A stretch of 64,000 bases of DNA, taken from the NCBI RefSeq assembly GCF_009914755.1, contig NC_060933.1; one strand, given 5' to 3'. This document shows, in pieces, positions 30,487 to 43,504 of this stretch; within the stretch, counting starts at the first letter, position 1; every line of letters starts with the position of its first letter. Under the pieces are notes generated by a model that saw only the letters and a program-made list of their open reading frames with translations, ran no database searches and was not told the origin of the DNA. Source of the DNA: the human T2T-CHM13v2.0 reference genome, Homo sapiens. Position numbers and translations under genes: made by a program.

Positions 30487-31130
30487 TGTGGGCAGGATCA
30501 CCCTCCACCCACTGAGATATCTACATCTCAACCCTCAGACCTGTGAATACATTAAATTACATGGCAAAAGAGACTTTGCAGATGTGATTAAGGTCATGGA
30601 CTTTAAAATGGGGAGATTTTTCCTGGATTATCCAGGTGAGCTAAATATAGTCACATGAGCCTATAAATGCAGAGAATTTACTTTGGCTGGAAATAGGAGA
30701 GATGGGGCAGAAGGGGAAGTCAGGTATATTCAAAATGTGAGGAGCACTGTCCCTCTGTTGTTGGCTTTGAAGATGGAAGAAGTGGAGCATGAGGTAAGGA
30801 GTGTGGGAGGTCTCTAAAAATAAAAAAAAAAAATGACCCTTGGCTGACAACCAGTAAGGAAATGAGGATTTTAGTCTTGTATCCAAATAGTGCTGAATTC
30901 TGCCAAGAAACTGAATGAGTTTAGAAGTGCAGATCCCCAGTGCTTTCACAAAGAAACACAGCCCAGCAACACTTTGATTCTGACTTTGTAAGACTCTAAT
31001 CAGAGGATCCCAGTAAGCTATGCCTTACTGGGATTTTTTAAATCCATAAAACAGATGTTTAAAAATGAGTGTTGTTGTATGCCTCAAAGTTTGTGGTAAT
31101 TTTCTTTGGCAGCAATAGAAAATGAAAATA
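30487..31130 (+). mobile_element. MLT1E-type MaLR solo LTR
   Basis: TTACATGGCAAAAGAGACTTTGCAGATGTGATTAAGG...GCTGAATTCTGCCAA...GCAGCAATAGAAAA. Confidence 0.88.
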
Positions 31131-31194
31131 GACACTGACTCTACAATAATTGACACTCTTTTTATCTTCTACTCTTTCCCACTGAGATGATGCA

Positions 31195-31336
31195 GGATAA
31201 TATCTCTCATATAAGGTATGGAACTTGAAATCACATCACAAAGTCTCTTTTGCTATGTAATACAGCATATACACAGATTCCAGGAATAAAGGTGTGGGCA
31301 TCTTTGAGAAGTACATTTTTACTCATTTGGCCCACC
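31195..31336 (-). mobile_element. MLT1 5' fragment
   Basis: ATCACATCACAAAGTCTCTTTTGCTATGTAA...CACAGATTCCAGG...GGCATCTTTG. Confidence 0.7.
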
Positions 31337-31743
31337 GTGACATTCATTTTGATTAACACTATACTACTGACCACATAAAAATTAGGAAAAAGAAACATAA
31401 TATTATATCAATATACAACATTTCTATTAACTTTAAATGTATAGGGATGCTACTCTTAAAATCTAGAATTGGTTGAATATATTACCCAGAATATCCCCAA
31501 TCATGAATTCAGTGATGTAACCACAGAATAATTTGTCCAATCATACCTTGCAATTCATAATTTAACCTTCAGCTTGTCCCTGGCAATGGATGCCTCTAAA
31601 CCCTCCCAGATTTACCTTCTGCTCTTTCATATCAGCATCTCTATTCTCTTTACAGATCACTGATAATTAAGTGCTAGGATCTAATAATAATAATAATAAT
31701 GTATACCACTTCTGGCCCTTTAATCAAATTGTTGCTTATGTCC

Positions 31744-32106
31744 TGTCTTAGCTCTACTATAACAAAATACCATAGACTGGGTGCTTAAAGAAACAGAAAT
31801 TTATTCTCTTATAGTTCTGGAGGCCGGAAGTCCAAGATGAGAGTGACAGCAAGAATGGTCAGGTTCTGGAAAGGATACTTTTCCTGGCGTGCAGACAGCT
31901 ACCTTCTCAATGTGTTCTCATGACAGAGAAAGAGAGAGAGATTCCTCCTCTTAAAAGGCCACCAATCTTACTTTGAGGATCTCACTGTCATGACCTCACC
32001 TAATGCTAATGACGTCCCAAAGACCACATCTCCAAATAACATCACACTGGCAGTTAGGGATTCAGTACATGAATAGGAGAGGAACACACACATTCATTCC
32101 ATAACA
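31744..32106 (-). mobile_element. MLT1A0-like MaLR solo LTR
   Basis: TGTCTTAG...ATAACAAAATACCATAGACTGGGT...CATTCATTCCATAACA. Confidence 0.85.
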
Positions 32107-32422
32107 TGATCTAAAATTCTTTACTAGGGGTTAGGTCAGCAAATATTGACCTCTCAGTCAAGCTTTTTCAGAATTCTATGGCTTCAAGTGAAGAGATAAA
32201 TTCAGTCCCCTTCTAAAATAGTTTACATTCTAGAACATGATCCTGAATGTTGGATTTTAATTTCTCCAGGCCTAGTTTATATAGAAAGTAGGGTTTTAAG
32301 AGAGGGGATGAAGCCAGAGAGTATCCTCACCCCCTGAATATTGGTAATGAGCTGCCAACTCCATAAAAATGTGTTAGTTTTCTTCTTTTTTATTCAATCC
32401 TTCAAAGGCCTTTTAAAACATT

Positions 32423-32457
<35 letters not shown>

Positions 32458-34149
32458 TTTTTTCTTCACCAAAACAAGACACTTGATCAAAGGCCTTTTG
32501 AACAACATTACCCAATTGAGCTGTTATCTATTCCTTCTCCCTCACCATCTTTCATTTCCTTCTCTGATACATACCTTTGATTTGTTGGCATGAATCATGG
32601 TAACTGAGCCAGCAAGTTCCTTCCTGCTGAATATGTGCTCGGCCTCCCAGGAGCAAGGTTACATAAAGTGCCCAAGATTGGAGAGCCACATTTTTTATAG
32701 CCTCTGTCAGCATCACTACATTGGTCAAGGCAGCTAAAGAAGCAAAAGAAGGCATTCCTGTGGCGAGAGAAAGAAACATACACATACTTAAAAAAATCAA
32801 TCCTTACATGCCAACCTGTTGTTTTTAAATTCAGCCTTTATTAGGGCCAAAACAATAGATAGAATACAGAATGTTATGCAAATGTTTATTTTATCTTCTG
32901 ATTCCTGATAATCCATTTAGTTCCCTTTGGTCTAATTCCTCCAGATTCTATTGATAAAAATATTTTTCTGTAATATTCCTAAAGGTGTTTGTCATTCAAT
33001 AACAAGGATGGGGTGCAGCCACCTTAACATTTTATTTTTATCATATTTGTCTTTTGCCTCCTTTTCTTTCTTCTCAAAATGTCTTTATCATTATGATTTG
33101 TGAGTCTGAAAGACAATCCCATTAACAACTCTAATTTGAAATAACGCAGAGTCTGATGGTCAAATCTTACTTACAAATTTGACATCATGCCTAGTACCAT
33201 ACACATAAAATACACATGCCCTCATAATGCCTAACATAATTTTCCAGCAATCAGTGTGAAGAAATAACTAGAACTGGCTTTAAATGCAGCAAAGTATGAG
33301 CGTTTAGTCAACATTTATAAGGAAAATACCAATTCAGTAAATAAACATGGTATTTACCCTGTTGAATTGCATATTATATATTTATGTGTAATATATATTT
33401 ACATGTCGTTTATATAAATATATAATTGTGTGTGTGTATTTCCACTGATTGCTTTTTAATGATGCTTTGTGTATTTTCTATGGCTGAAATTGGCTGTGAA
33501 ATGGATGCAAGACACATTAATATCTGTAAAAATCCATCTGTTTGAAAATGTAGTGCACTCCTTAAATAATAAATTAATCAATTAGAAAAATATTGAAAAC
33601 TGACACTAAAACAGTAGAGATATCACAGGACAATATTCAGTATTACTCATTGCTAAGGAAATTGTGAGTTGCTAAATGTTTGCATAGTCATTTGTTAATG
33701 AAGAAGAACCAAAAAAAAGTATTTCCCTTTGGGAATATACCAAAAGATAATGCATAGTGGAGAAAAATACTTTTGAAAATATTAATGGAATTCTTGAATA
33801 AGAAAAGCTGTGTTTCCTCGAACTATCTTAAATCCTTTTTTTACAATATGTATTTTTCAGGCCACATATACCTCAGCTGGAAATTTCTGCTTTGCCATGA
33901 GTTAAAGAAACAGCCATGCAGAACTCTCTCAAGGGAAACTGCAGGAATGTTTTATTTTTTTTCTTGTTCATTCCAACTAATATTATGTTCTTGATATCTC
34001 TCAAAGTTTTCTTAAAGATTTACAGTCCTCTGGGCTACAATGTCAATCAACATCAGAGTTCAGATTATGGCAAGGTAGACAAATTTCTCTTTAATAAAAA
34101 TGATCAAACTCTGGAAGGGAAAGATTAAGCACTAGATATAAACCTAGAC

Positions 34150-34640
34150 AATCTGATCATCCCAAGAGAATACTGTGGTACTGTTTTCTGCTCTACTACC
34201 TTCTTTCTTTTAGCAATAAGGGGAACACAAAAAGTACATAAAGTTTTCTATGCTGTAATTACATTATTTACCAAAACCCTGGACAATATCACTAAAACAG
34301 TTGATATGCTCGCTACAGAAGTATTCAAAATTGAAAGGCAATTATTAAAATCTAGAGGGACGGGATAATTTCTTGGATTCAAGAGGTGGCACATGTGTAG
34401 CTCTTTGAGAAAATTATTATACCTATGTCCCTGCAGATCTCTCTGAAACATTTAGGGGAAAAAAACATCTGAAAAACCAATTAACTCTTAACCCTTATCT
34501 GGAACCAAAATATTTTTCTGGACATTTTTAAAAAATTCATATAGTTTTGCTCAACTCCATTTTTTAAAAAACAATTTTGACTATTTCATTGCCTTTGGTA
34601 CTCCTATACTGCTTCTTAAGGTGGAGTTTTATTTTTTTCT
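34150..34640 (+). pseudogene. Fossil retroviral env TM subunit (gamma/ERV1 type)
   Basis: Heptad-like LDNITKTVDMLATEVFKIERQLLKSR, then after a frameshift DNFLDSRGGTCVAL*ENYYTYVP (CX6CC spacing with TGT>TAT), then hydrophobic ILTISLPLVLLYCFLR. Confidence 0.65.
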
Positions 34641-35394
34641 TAAGTAGTTGCACATAGTTTCTCTAAAATACTTTTCCAAATCTAACAAAGTTGCAAAGGT
34701 TTATTACTAATCCAAACATTGCCACAGAATTAAATAAATTGGAAATTTACGTCATTGCTCGGTGTACTCAATAAGAAAAACCATTGAGGCCAGTTTGTAG
34801 CTACGGCTGAAAAAAAAAAAAAAAGAGCTACAGCTGTAATTATGGCTGTGTTCTAACTGTGAGCAATGCAGTCTATAATCCCCCTTATGCATTTTCAAGC
34901 TCAACTACCTGTGCTGATCTTTTAACTATTTTATGGACTTGAGAGACATTTATATGAGTTGTTGTTTTGTATGTACATCATAATGAGAATGTGGACCAGT
35001 GTTTAAGGACCAGTTACCATTTTCCTATCAATATTTGCTTGTTGAATGCAATTTTTAGAAAACAAAAATTGAATATACATAGGAAAATCTTTAGTATTTA
35101 ATAGGAAGTCACTATTATATAAATTCTAAATCTAGACTTTGTTCCATTTTTCAGACATCTATAAACATGCAATCTATATTTTCTCATTTTGATTTTATGA
35201 CACAAAGAGGAAGCCTAGATTAAATCCTTCCTTATAATCTTTTTCTTTCCCCTATTTTTTTCTGGAACCAATTTTGGTTTACTTCCTTTAAGACTTCATC
35301 GTTTATTCTTGTCTTCAAGGACCACATAAACATAATGTCAACCTTTATTCCTGATCCAAGTACTGACTCCATGCTTTAAAAATGTATTAAAATG

Positions 35395-35600
35395 GATAAT
35401 AACCTCTAACTTCTATGTGGAACTTACTATGTGTCAGACCTGGTGTGAAGTGTTTTTTACATATTGACTTATAGAACCTGTATAGCAAATATCTGAAATT
35501 GATACAATTATTAGGTCAATTTAATGGATAGGGAAAAGAAGACACGGAGCTGTTAAGTAACATGTTCAAGGTCACATAACTAGTAAGTGACAAACTAGAA
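35395..35600 (-). mobile_element. MIR
   Basis: ACTTACTATGTGTCAGAC...GTTAAGTAACATGTTCAAGGTCACATAACTAGTAAGTG core. Confidence 0.8.
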
Positions 35601-37052
35601 GCAGCATAATTTGTATAAATAATTTCACATTTAGAAGTAAGCATTTGATATAATTCCAGGTGATTTCAGAACATTCACAAATTCAACCATAGATATATTT
35701 CTTGAGCACAGTGCTGAAAAATTTGTCTTCTAAAATAAACTTCTTCCTAGTAACAAACAAAAGCAGTTTTATTAGAAAAGGAATGGGTATTATTTTATAA
35801 CACAAGGCAAATTTTATTCACAGCCCACCATCATTTTGTTTCTATGTAGATCTACGTAGATAGTAGGGGACTACTAAGTTATACTTTACTTATGTGAAAA
35901 TAATATTGTTCATAGGTTTCTCATGGGTCTGAAAGAGACAATATATTTTTAAAAATTAAATTCTTAAACTATGATATAGTAGCTTTATTAACAAAAATGA
36001 CAAGCAAAATTCTAAAGCAGTATTTAAATCTTCAACTGTGAAAAAAAATTGACTCTATTTGAAAATATTTTCCAGAAATTAACAACCCCCCTTGTGCATA
36101 GTTAAATAAAATTTCCAGGCTAAGGTAATATTGAGAATGAGACTCTTTCTTACCTAAACTATGGGTATCCTAAATCTACCCACTTATTAAAATATGGAGG
36201 TAAACTATTAACTGAGCTTTTATGGGACCAATAAATGCAACTATTTACTAGCTAAAATTGATGTATGCTCCACAACATGATATCTTATTATTCATTAAAT
36301 TCTTATTGCCTGCCAATTACTCTAATTTATTGTGAGTAAAACAAAACAGAAAATGATTTTTTAAGCTCATATAAATATTATTTTTAAAAAATCAAAAACT
36401 GGTCACTGCTTACCCAAACCCTGGATTTTTTTTTCAAGTAATTAGAAAACCAGCTGTGCTAAACTGGGAATTACAAATGATGAATAGTAATGACATGTAT
36501 TTAACCACTAGAAGAAAAATAAGTGAAAAACCTTAAAGAAAGCAAGAAAATATATTAACACTTTCTTTCCATTTACCTCCCTTATTCACTGCCTTTTGCC
36601 TGACTTAGATGCCCTAGGGATTCTACCAAACAAGAAACCAAGCAGTCTTTTTTCCTTTATGTATCTGATGTAATCAAAAGCATGTTACTCTACCCACCAA
36701 TACCCCATGAAATTCCACTGACTTTGCTTGCATTCAAAGTTGCCATTAAAAAAAAAATGAATGAAAAATAATGCTGGTGCATCACCTGGAAAAAAAGAGT
36801 AATTCTAATAAGAAAAAGCCAAAAAGAAGAAAATCCAAGAGAAAATAAAAGAGTGCACGCTGGAAAACATAGGTGAACTATGGGAAAAGTTAATCATAGA
36901 TTACTAGGTTTTGGCATAAGTGAACTTTAAGCAAACAAGATGTTTCATCAAAATATTTCTTCTGCTCTTCGTGTGGCTCCTCTAAGGACTTCTTGATGGT
37001 TCCATCATGATTTAGGATGATTGATAGCTAAGGCTGTGATATAATTGATCTA

Positions 37053-37058
<6 letters not shown>

Positions 37059-37096
<38 letters not shown>

Positions 37097-37103
37097 TATA
37101 TAT
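37059..37103. repeat. (TA)n microsatellite
   Basis: Directly visible. Confidence 0.9.
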
Positions 37104-37299
37104 GTAGAGAGAGAACTACAAAGGTAAAATGATGACATTGACTTTAAGCAACATAGTCTCCTTGGCTTTCCTCCATGATTCACAACTTGTAAGGAGAGAA
37201 TGGCAATGGTCACTGGCACTGTTGGCTACTTAATTTGAGATTTTAGCAGCTCCAGATGTTGGGGCTTCTGCTGTTCTAGTTCCACCTCTGGGGTGAATT

Positions 37300-37740
37300 G
37301 AATCCAAAAATTCTTCACACCTTTTCTTTGTTAATGTTATTCATCTACATCCTTTCCCTAATGTCTTCCTCCTACAGAGAGAGAATGATAGTTCTTCACC
37401 CATGTTGAATTTGGACTTGGCCACTCAACTTGCTTTTTGCCAGTGGAGCCTAGGTGGGTGAAAGTGTGCCAGTTCCAGATCAAGGCCTAGAGAGGTATCA
37501 GATGTTACACTTGGGCTTCTGACTTGTACCATGAGGAGAACTTGTCCGGGTTGCTGCTTGGCCAAAGAGAATGTGGGGGCATGTCAAGTATTCCTGAACC
37601 CAAACTATAGCTGGAGCTAAGCCAAGGTCACAGGGAGTCTGAAAATGTTTCTCTGCCTGGGTCAGGCAAACCATAGGTGACTTTTGTATCTGTGAGCACA
37701 AAGGAAAGAGCATGCTTGTTATCATAAAGCATAAAGACGT
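37300..37740 (+). mobile_element. MLT1 (H/I-like) LTR
   Basis: GGACTTGGCCA...ACTTGCTTTT, GTGTGCCAGTTCCAG..AGGCCTAGAGAGG, CCATGAGGAGAAC. Confidence 0.65.
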
Positions 37741-37961
37741 GTTTTCTGTTTGACCTCGGTACAGCCTATTACATGATTAATCGTAGCATATGATTGTAAT
37801 AATCTAATCATTTGACTTGATATTGAACTCTATTATAAGACATATATTTTTAGGGTATATATGACCTTAGGATTTGAGTCTTATTTCTCTCTTCCATGGA
37901 TTTTTCTGTGTAGTCTAAATTCTTCATGATGTAAGTTAATTACTTAGAAATAAGAAAAAGA

Positions 37962-38323
<362 letters not shown>

Positions 38324-39539
38324 TTATATATTGGTGAACATTTTAATTATATATACTTAGAGCGATAATTTATACATATATATATGTATGGCTTACAGTG
38401 CTTTAGGTAATTTTAATGTAAAATATCTTGAAGATTTTATAAGTATTTATCACATCTCACTCACCCTTCACCTCTGTTCTCTGGCCACACTGGTCTTCCA
38501 GATCTTCCAAAGTGTCATGCTCATTCTCACATCTGAACTTCCAATAAGGTATTCTTGTACCCTGAATATCTTCTACTGACTCATTCACCCAGACAAGATC
38601 TGGTTATCTTTGAAATCTCAGTTCAGACACATTCTTGAGTAAGATTTATGTAATGCATCCAGACTACAACAGCCCTCCTTATATTTACGTACAGAACACA
38701 CATATGCACACATATATATTGAAAGTAGGAAGGAAAGAAGAGATTAAAGAAATAAAATTGCAGAATGTAGCATTTTGAAAAACCTTTCAATCTAAACTTA
38801 AAAAATATAATATTTTATTTGTCTGAGAATTTTGACTTGTTCTGCCTAATGTTTGGGCATTTTTGTTACTGAACACAAATTGTGTATAAATATTAGTGAG
38901 ACTATGACCGGTCTTATTAGTAAATAACATACGTAGATGAGGTTTCTTTAAATAATGGCAATATTTTTGTGACAAAAAATATATGCGTGCTTTCTTTTGT
39001 ATGCTGCAACTTCAAGCAGCAAATCTTCGGTAATTTATATAATAGCAGTCCCGCTTACTGTGCATATGTCACAATATAATTCTCTACAAGACAAATATGT
39101 GTGATTACATTCACTAAGTAACACTGAAGAGCTCCAAATCATTCACTGGGAAAGCTGTGGCTGCTTAAGTAAAATTAGTTTGGCTTTTCATTTAGTTCTA
39201 TTTCCTTTCATTCAGAGATTTAGCTTTTAATGCTTGGGAATGAAAAAAAAAAGGAAGTTTTGCTGTACTCAAGTTCAGAGAGTGAAGAGATCAGGAAAGA
39301 CATGAATGCTCAGCTAAATAATTGATTTCTGATGGCTTTTCCTGAAATTAGAAATATTAATTTATAGAGAGATTAAAAAAACTTTATTTAAAATTTTGAA
39401 TATCCTTAAATTGAAGGAAATAAAATCATTGTAACATTGCGTTTACTTGTTTATCTGTGTCTTATCTGGTTCTTGAAAATAGAATATCTTCTATAGACAT
39501 AAGAATAAAAGGTGAATAATAGGTAGCTGAATAAATAAT

Positions 39540-39770
39540 AATATGAATAATAACAAAATAATTGTTTATTGGGCACTTTCTCAACACTTTGCCACATCCT
39601 CTGCATGCATTATATATTTTAATCCTCACAAAATCTCTAAAGCTGGAGATCCCTTTTCACCCTATTTTACCATATGGGAAATTCAGGCCTAGGGAACTGA
39701 AGTAACTGACATTTATACAGATGCTAAACAGCAGAATTGAGTTTGAGCACAGTCTGCATTACTTAAAATC
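39540..39770 (-). mobile_element. MIR
   Basis: TTTATTGGGCACTT...TTTAATCCTCACAA...CCTATTTTACCATATGGGAAATTCAGGC. Confidence 0.75.
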
Positions 39771-40389
39771 CCACCACCATGAGAAATTAGCAGATGAGGC
39801 CAGGAACAAGGCTATAGGCATAAGCCATCCCATAATATTCTGCATATTTGCCAGACTTGTAGGAGAGATTTGGCTAAGATTATATAAGAAGGAAGTATGG
39901 GAAGTCACATTATTCACGGCACATTTTTCTTTTATTGATAGAGTCCCACATATACAAATACAAATTAATTGAACTCTTTAACATCTGCTTTTTAAAATGC
40001 TTCAGAAGGGGGCAAATAATTGGTAGTCAATTATGTCTGAAAACTTCCTTTTTTTAACATGCATAAGAGCTTACATTTTTCTCTGTGGATTTGGCCTTGG
40101 CCTATAATTGAAGCATTAGCAATGCTAATTCATTCTCCCAAGCACTTTATTTTTAATATGTTTTAACATAACGCTATATTCAGATAGATACTCTTCACAA
40201 GTAAGAAAGCTGAAGGTCATAAAAGTAAAGCAAGCATTTGAACCTGAGTTTGCCTAACATCTAACTATGCCTTCTTTGTGCATACATCTCTAGTGACAAT
40301 GCTGAAGCAGTACTATATATCATGTGTATATCAGTTTTTTCTTATTAAAACATAGTTAGCATACATATTTTTTCTTACCTATTTGGTTT

Positions 40390-41095
40390 TGTTACCAGCA
40401 GTGGAGAATCCACATGGGTCTGCAGCAACTTCAATTCTTGCCTCCTCAGAAGAAAGAATTCGACCGAGGGGCATAAGGCAGAGTGAGAGACTGAGGTAAG
40501 TTCTGGAGTGGGAGTGAAAGTTTATTAAAATGTTTAGAGCAGGAATGAAGGGAAGTAAAGTACACTTGGAAGAGAGCCAAGTGGGAGACTTGAGAGATCA
40601 AGGGCACTGTTTGATCTTTGACTTGGGATTTTATACATTTTGCATGCTTCTGGGCTCTTGAGTCCCCTTTTCCCTGATTCTTCTCTTGGGGTGGGCTGTC
40701 TGCATGTGCAGTGGCCTGGCAGCACTTGGGAGCGGCTGCACGCACAGTGTGTTTACGGAAGGTGTATGCATGCTTACTTGAGGTGTTGTTCCCTTACCAG
40801 TCAACTGTTCCTAAAAGGTCATATACCGGTTACCAGTTAAACTCTGCCATTTTCCTCTTAGTGTGCATGCATGAGCCCACTTGCCCAACCCCTAAGATCT
40901 TATCAGGAAGCTGCTGATCATCAACTTTAGTTGTTTTCTATATATTTGGAGACTGCCTTTCCCTGGTACCAGCTGCCATCAATTATTATTTTAAAGAGAC
41001 AGCTCAAAAACCACCTATTACCTGATCATCACCTGACATTCCTGGTTGTGGGGGACCTCTCCTGTCCTGACCATATCTGCCTATTTACTGTAACA
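40390..41095 (-). mobile_element. MER50 ERV1 solo LTR
   Basis: Reverse complement begins TGTTACAGTA...CCAGGAATGTCAGG...AAAATAATAATTG...CCAGGGAAAGGCAGTCTCC; TGTTA/TAACA termini; near-TSD GTTT/GCTT. Confidence 0.85.
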
Positions 41096-41261
41096 GCTTG
41101 ATTTATTAAGGATACACAAAATTTCTTATCTAAACTTGTATTCATCAAACAACAGTGTGATTTCATACATAAACTTGATAAATACCTAATACATGATTAC
41201 ATTAATGAGAAAATATAGAAATGAACACATATAAATTTTGCTCTAAATTCTGAGTTATTAT

Positions 41262-41904
41262 TGTAAACCAGAAACAAAATTGTAAGACCCCTACACATCC
41301 CCCAACCCATCTGAACAGACCTCTCCTCTTGGCCAAGGGCATTCCAAAGTTAACCTGAAAAACTAGTTGAGGCCATGATGGGAAGGGGGGCTCAAACATG
41401 CCTCTGTATACCCTCCTCCCTTTCGGAATTTAGGAAAACCTGACTAGCATTAACATCAACCGGAGCCGTAAGTCTGATAGGAAACATTTACAACCAATTC
41501 TCTCTGAAGCCTGCTACCTGGAGGCTTCATCTGCATGATAAAACCTTGGTGTCTACAACCCCTTATCATAACCTAGACATTTCTTCCTATGAATAATAAC
41601 TCTTTCAACCAATTGCCAATCAGAAAATTTTTTAATCTACCTATGACCCAGAAGCCCCTCCTTCTAGTTGTCCTGCTCTTCCAGATCAAGTCAATGTAAA
41701 TCTCATATATATAGATTGATATATTGATATATTGATTGACGCCTCCCTAAAATGTATAAAAGCAAGCTGTACCCTGACCACCTCAGGTACATATCATGAG
41801 GACTTCCTGAGGCTGTGCCATGGACATGTCTTTAACCTTGGCAATAACTTTGGCAAAAGTTTCTAAATTGATTGAGGCCTATCTCAGATATTTCTGGGTT
41901 CACT
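41262..41904 (+). mobile_element. MER4 (MER4A-like) ERV1 solo LTR
   Basis: TGTAAACCA...GGCCAAGGGCATTCCAAAGTTAACCTGAAAAACTAG...CCTAAAATGTATAAAA...GGGTTCAC; near-TSD TTAT/TTAC. Confidence 0.88.
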
Positions 41905-43206
41905 TTACTGTCAATAAAATGAGACTTCTGCTCACATATGGTCAATAGCATCTTGTAAGAGGATCAGAGTAAGATGACTAGAAAGGAAACCTTAAAAAAA
42001 AGGAAAAAGAAACCCTCTCTTTCATTCCTCTCCTCCTTTTATGTCAGCATTGATTATCAAGGAAAAAAAGTTAAAATATAGATTTGTTATGTATGGCCCT
42101 AATTGAACATTTATTTTAGTTTTTTATATTTAGTTTTTTAAACAATTAATTAGCAGGTAAATAATTTTTCTTTATTCTCAACCAACAATACAGATAAATT
42201 AGATTTCAGAAATTAATTCGTTAATAGAGGCATACTAAGTAATTACTTCTAGCAGGTTCTGTAGTAGATAAATGGATTCTATGGAACTCCTCCTATGGAA
42301 GGAACTGTTAACTCTCTGTGGATCTCTGGAAACTCAACTACTGTCTTTCAATACCACAGTTCTTGGTATATTCAAAATTATTTTAGATTCTCAATTATTT
42401 TAGATTAGAAGGATGTATGCATGCATATGTACCCAAATAAATTAATTAAATGAGTAAATTAATTTTCTGGAGATATTTTAAATGATTTGGTATAATTCCT
42501 GATCTTCAAAGACTTCTATTCACAGCAAAGAGTGAGGAATGTGTGTGCTAATTGCAAGCAGTTCCATTTCAGAGAGATGTTTCTTTTACTTAATTTAATC
42601 GGCATGTGATACGTGCCTCCATCAGTGTGCACAGATGATGACAGAATTCTCAAGACAAATGGTGAGGTGAGACTGGCCTGGGCTTGACAAGCAAAATTTC
42701 AGTTTTAAATGGGCTAAGATCAATAGATAAAGACACATACATAGGAAAGTACAGAGGAATATAAGTGTTGCTATGTACCAAAAAATTTATAAAACTCAAA
42801 TTTATGTTGGTGTACCTTTTGTTTAGTGGGACCATCTTATGGCAGACCTTTTTTGTAAAATGAAAAGAAGCTGTCCACTTACCCTGAGCCCCAACTGAAA
42901 CTTGTCCTGAAATTTATGAAGGTTTAACACAAGTAGTAGAATTTTATGGTGGAGTGAGGGCAGGCAAATGCGGGCAAACAAAGAAAAACAAAAAAGGGTA
43001 AATAACCAACAATAACATGAATAATCCTATAATGACAAGTTATATATAAAATAGAACTGCTATTAAACTGGCTCTAGACTTTGCCTCTACAACATTAAAT
43101 TCAACACTAAATTTTAAAAAGTAAAGTCATTGTGAACAAATTTTGAAATAAAAATATGAGCCAATAACTTAAATTTAGCTAATTTCCTTGCATGAAGAAC
43201 ACAGAA

Positions 43207-43504
43207 TTTTTTTTTTTTTTTTGAGATGGAGTCTTGCTCTGTCACTCAGGTTGGAGTGCAGTAGCATGACCTCAGCTCACTGCAGCCTCTATCTCCTGGG
43301 TTCAAGCGATTCTCCTGCCTCAGCCTCCTGAGTAGTTGGGACTACAGGCACCCGCCACCACGCCCGGCTAATCTTTTGTATTTTAGTAGAGACGGGGTTT
43401 CACCATATTGCCCAGGCTGGTCCCGACCTCCTAAGCTCAGGCAATCCGCCTGCCGTGGCCTCCCAAAGTGCTAGGATTACAGGTGTGAGCCACCGTGCCT
43501 GGCC
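43207..43504 (-). mobile_element. AluS
   Basis: Full-length antisense Alu dimer. Confidence 0.95.

Larger units (their letters stand above)
28660..32960 (-). mobile_element. Decayed ERVL-type internal region (gag-pro-pol), interrupted by MaLR LTRs
   Basis: Minus-strand traces of integrase (HKIKWN.. and QAAG-like, ~28935-28990) and of the RT region after YxDD (MLII..EQV-like, ~30420-30460); heavily frameshifted. Confidence 0.55.

Noticed and set aside
35841-35860. TCTATGTAGATCTACGTAGA near-palindrome
   Set aside because: A 10-bp tandem duplication; too short to support a function
35600-37000. Repeat-poor AT-rich stretch as a possible exon or conserved element
   Set aside because: No ORF or convincing splice pair; conservation cannot be judged from this sequence alone
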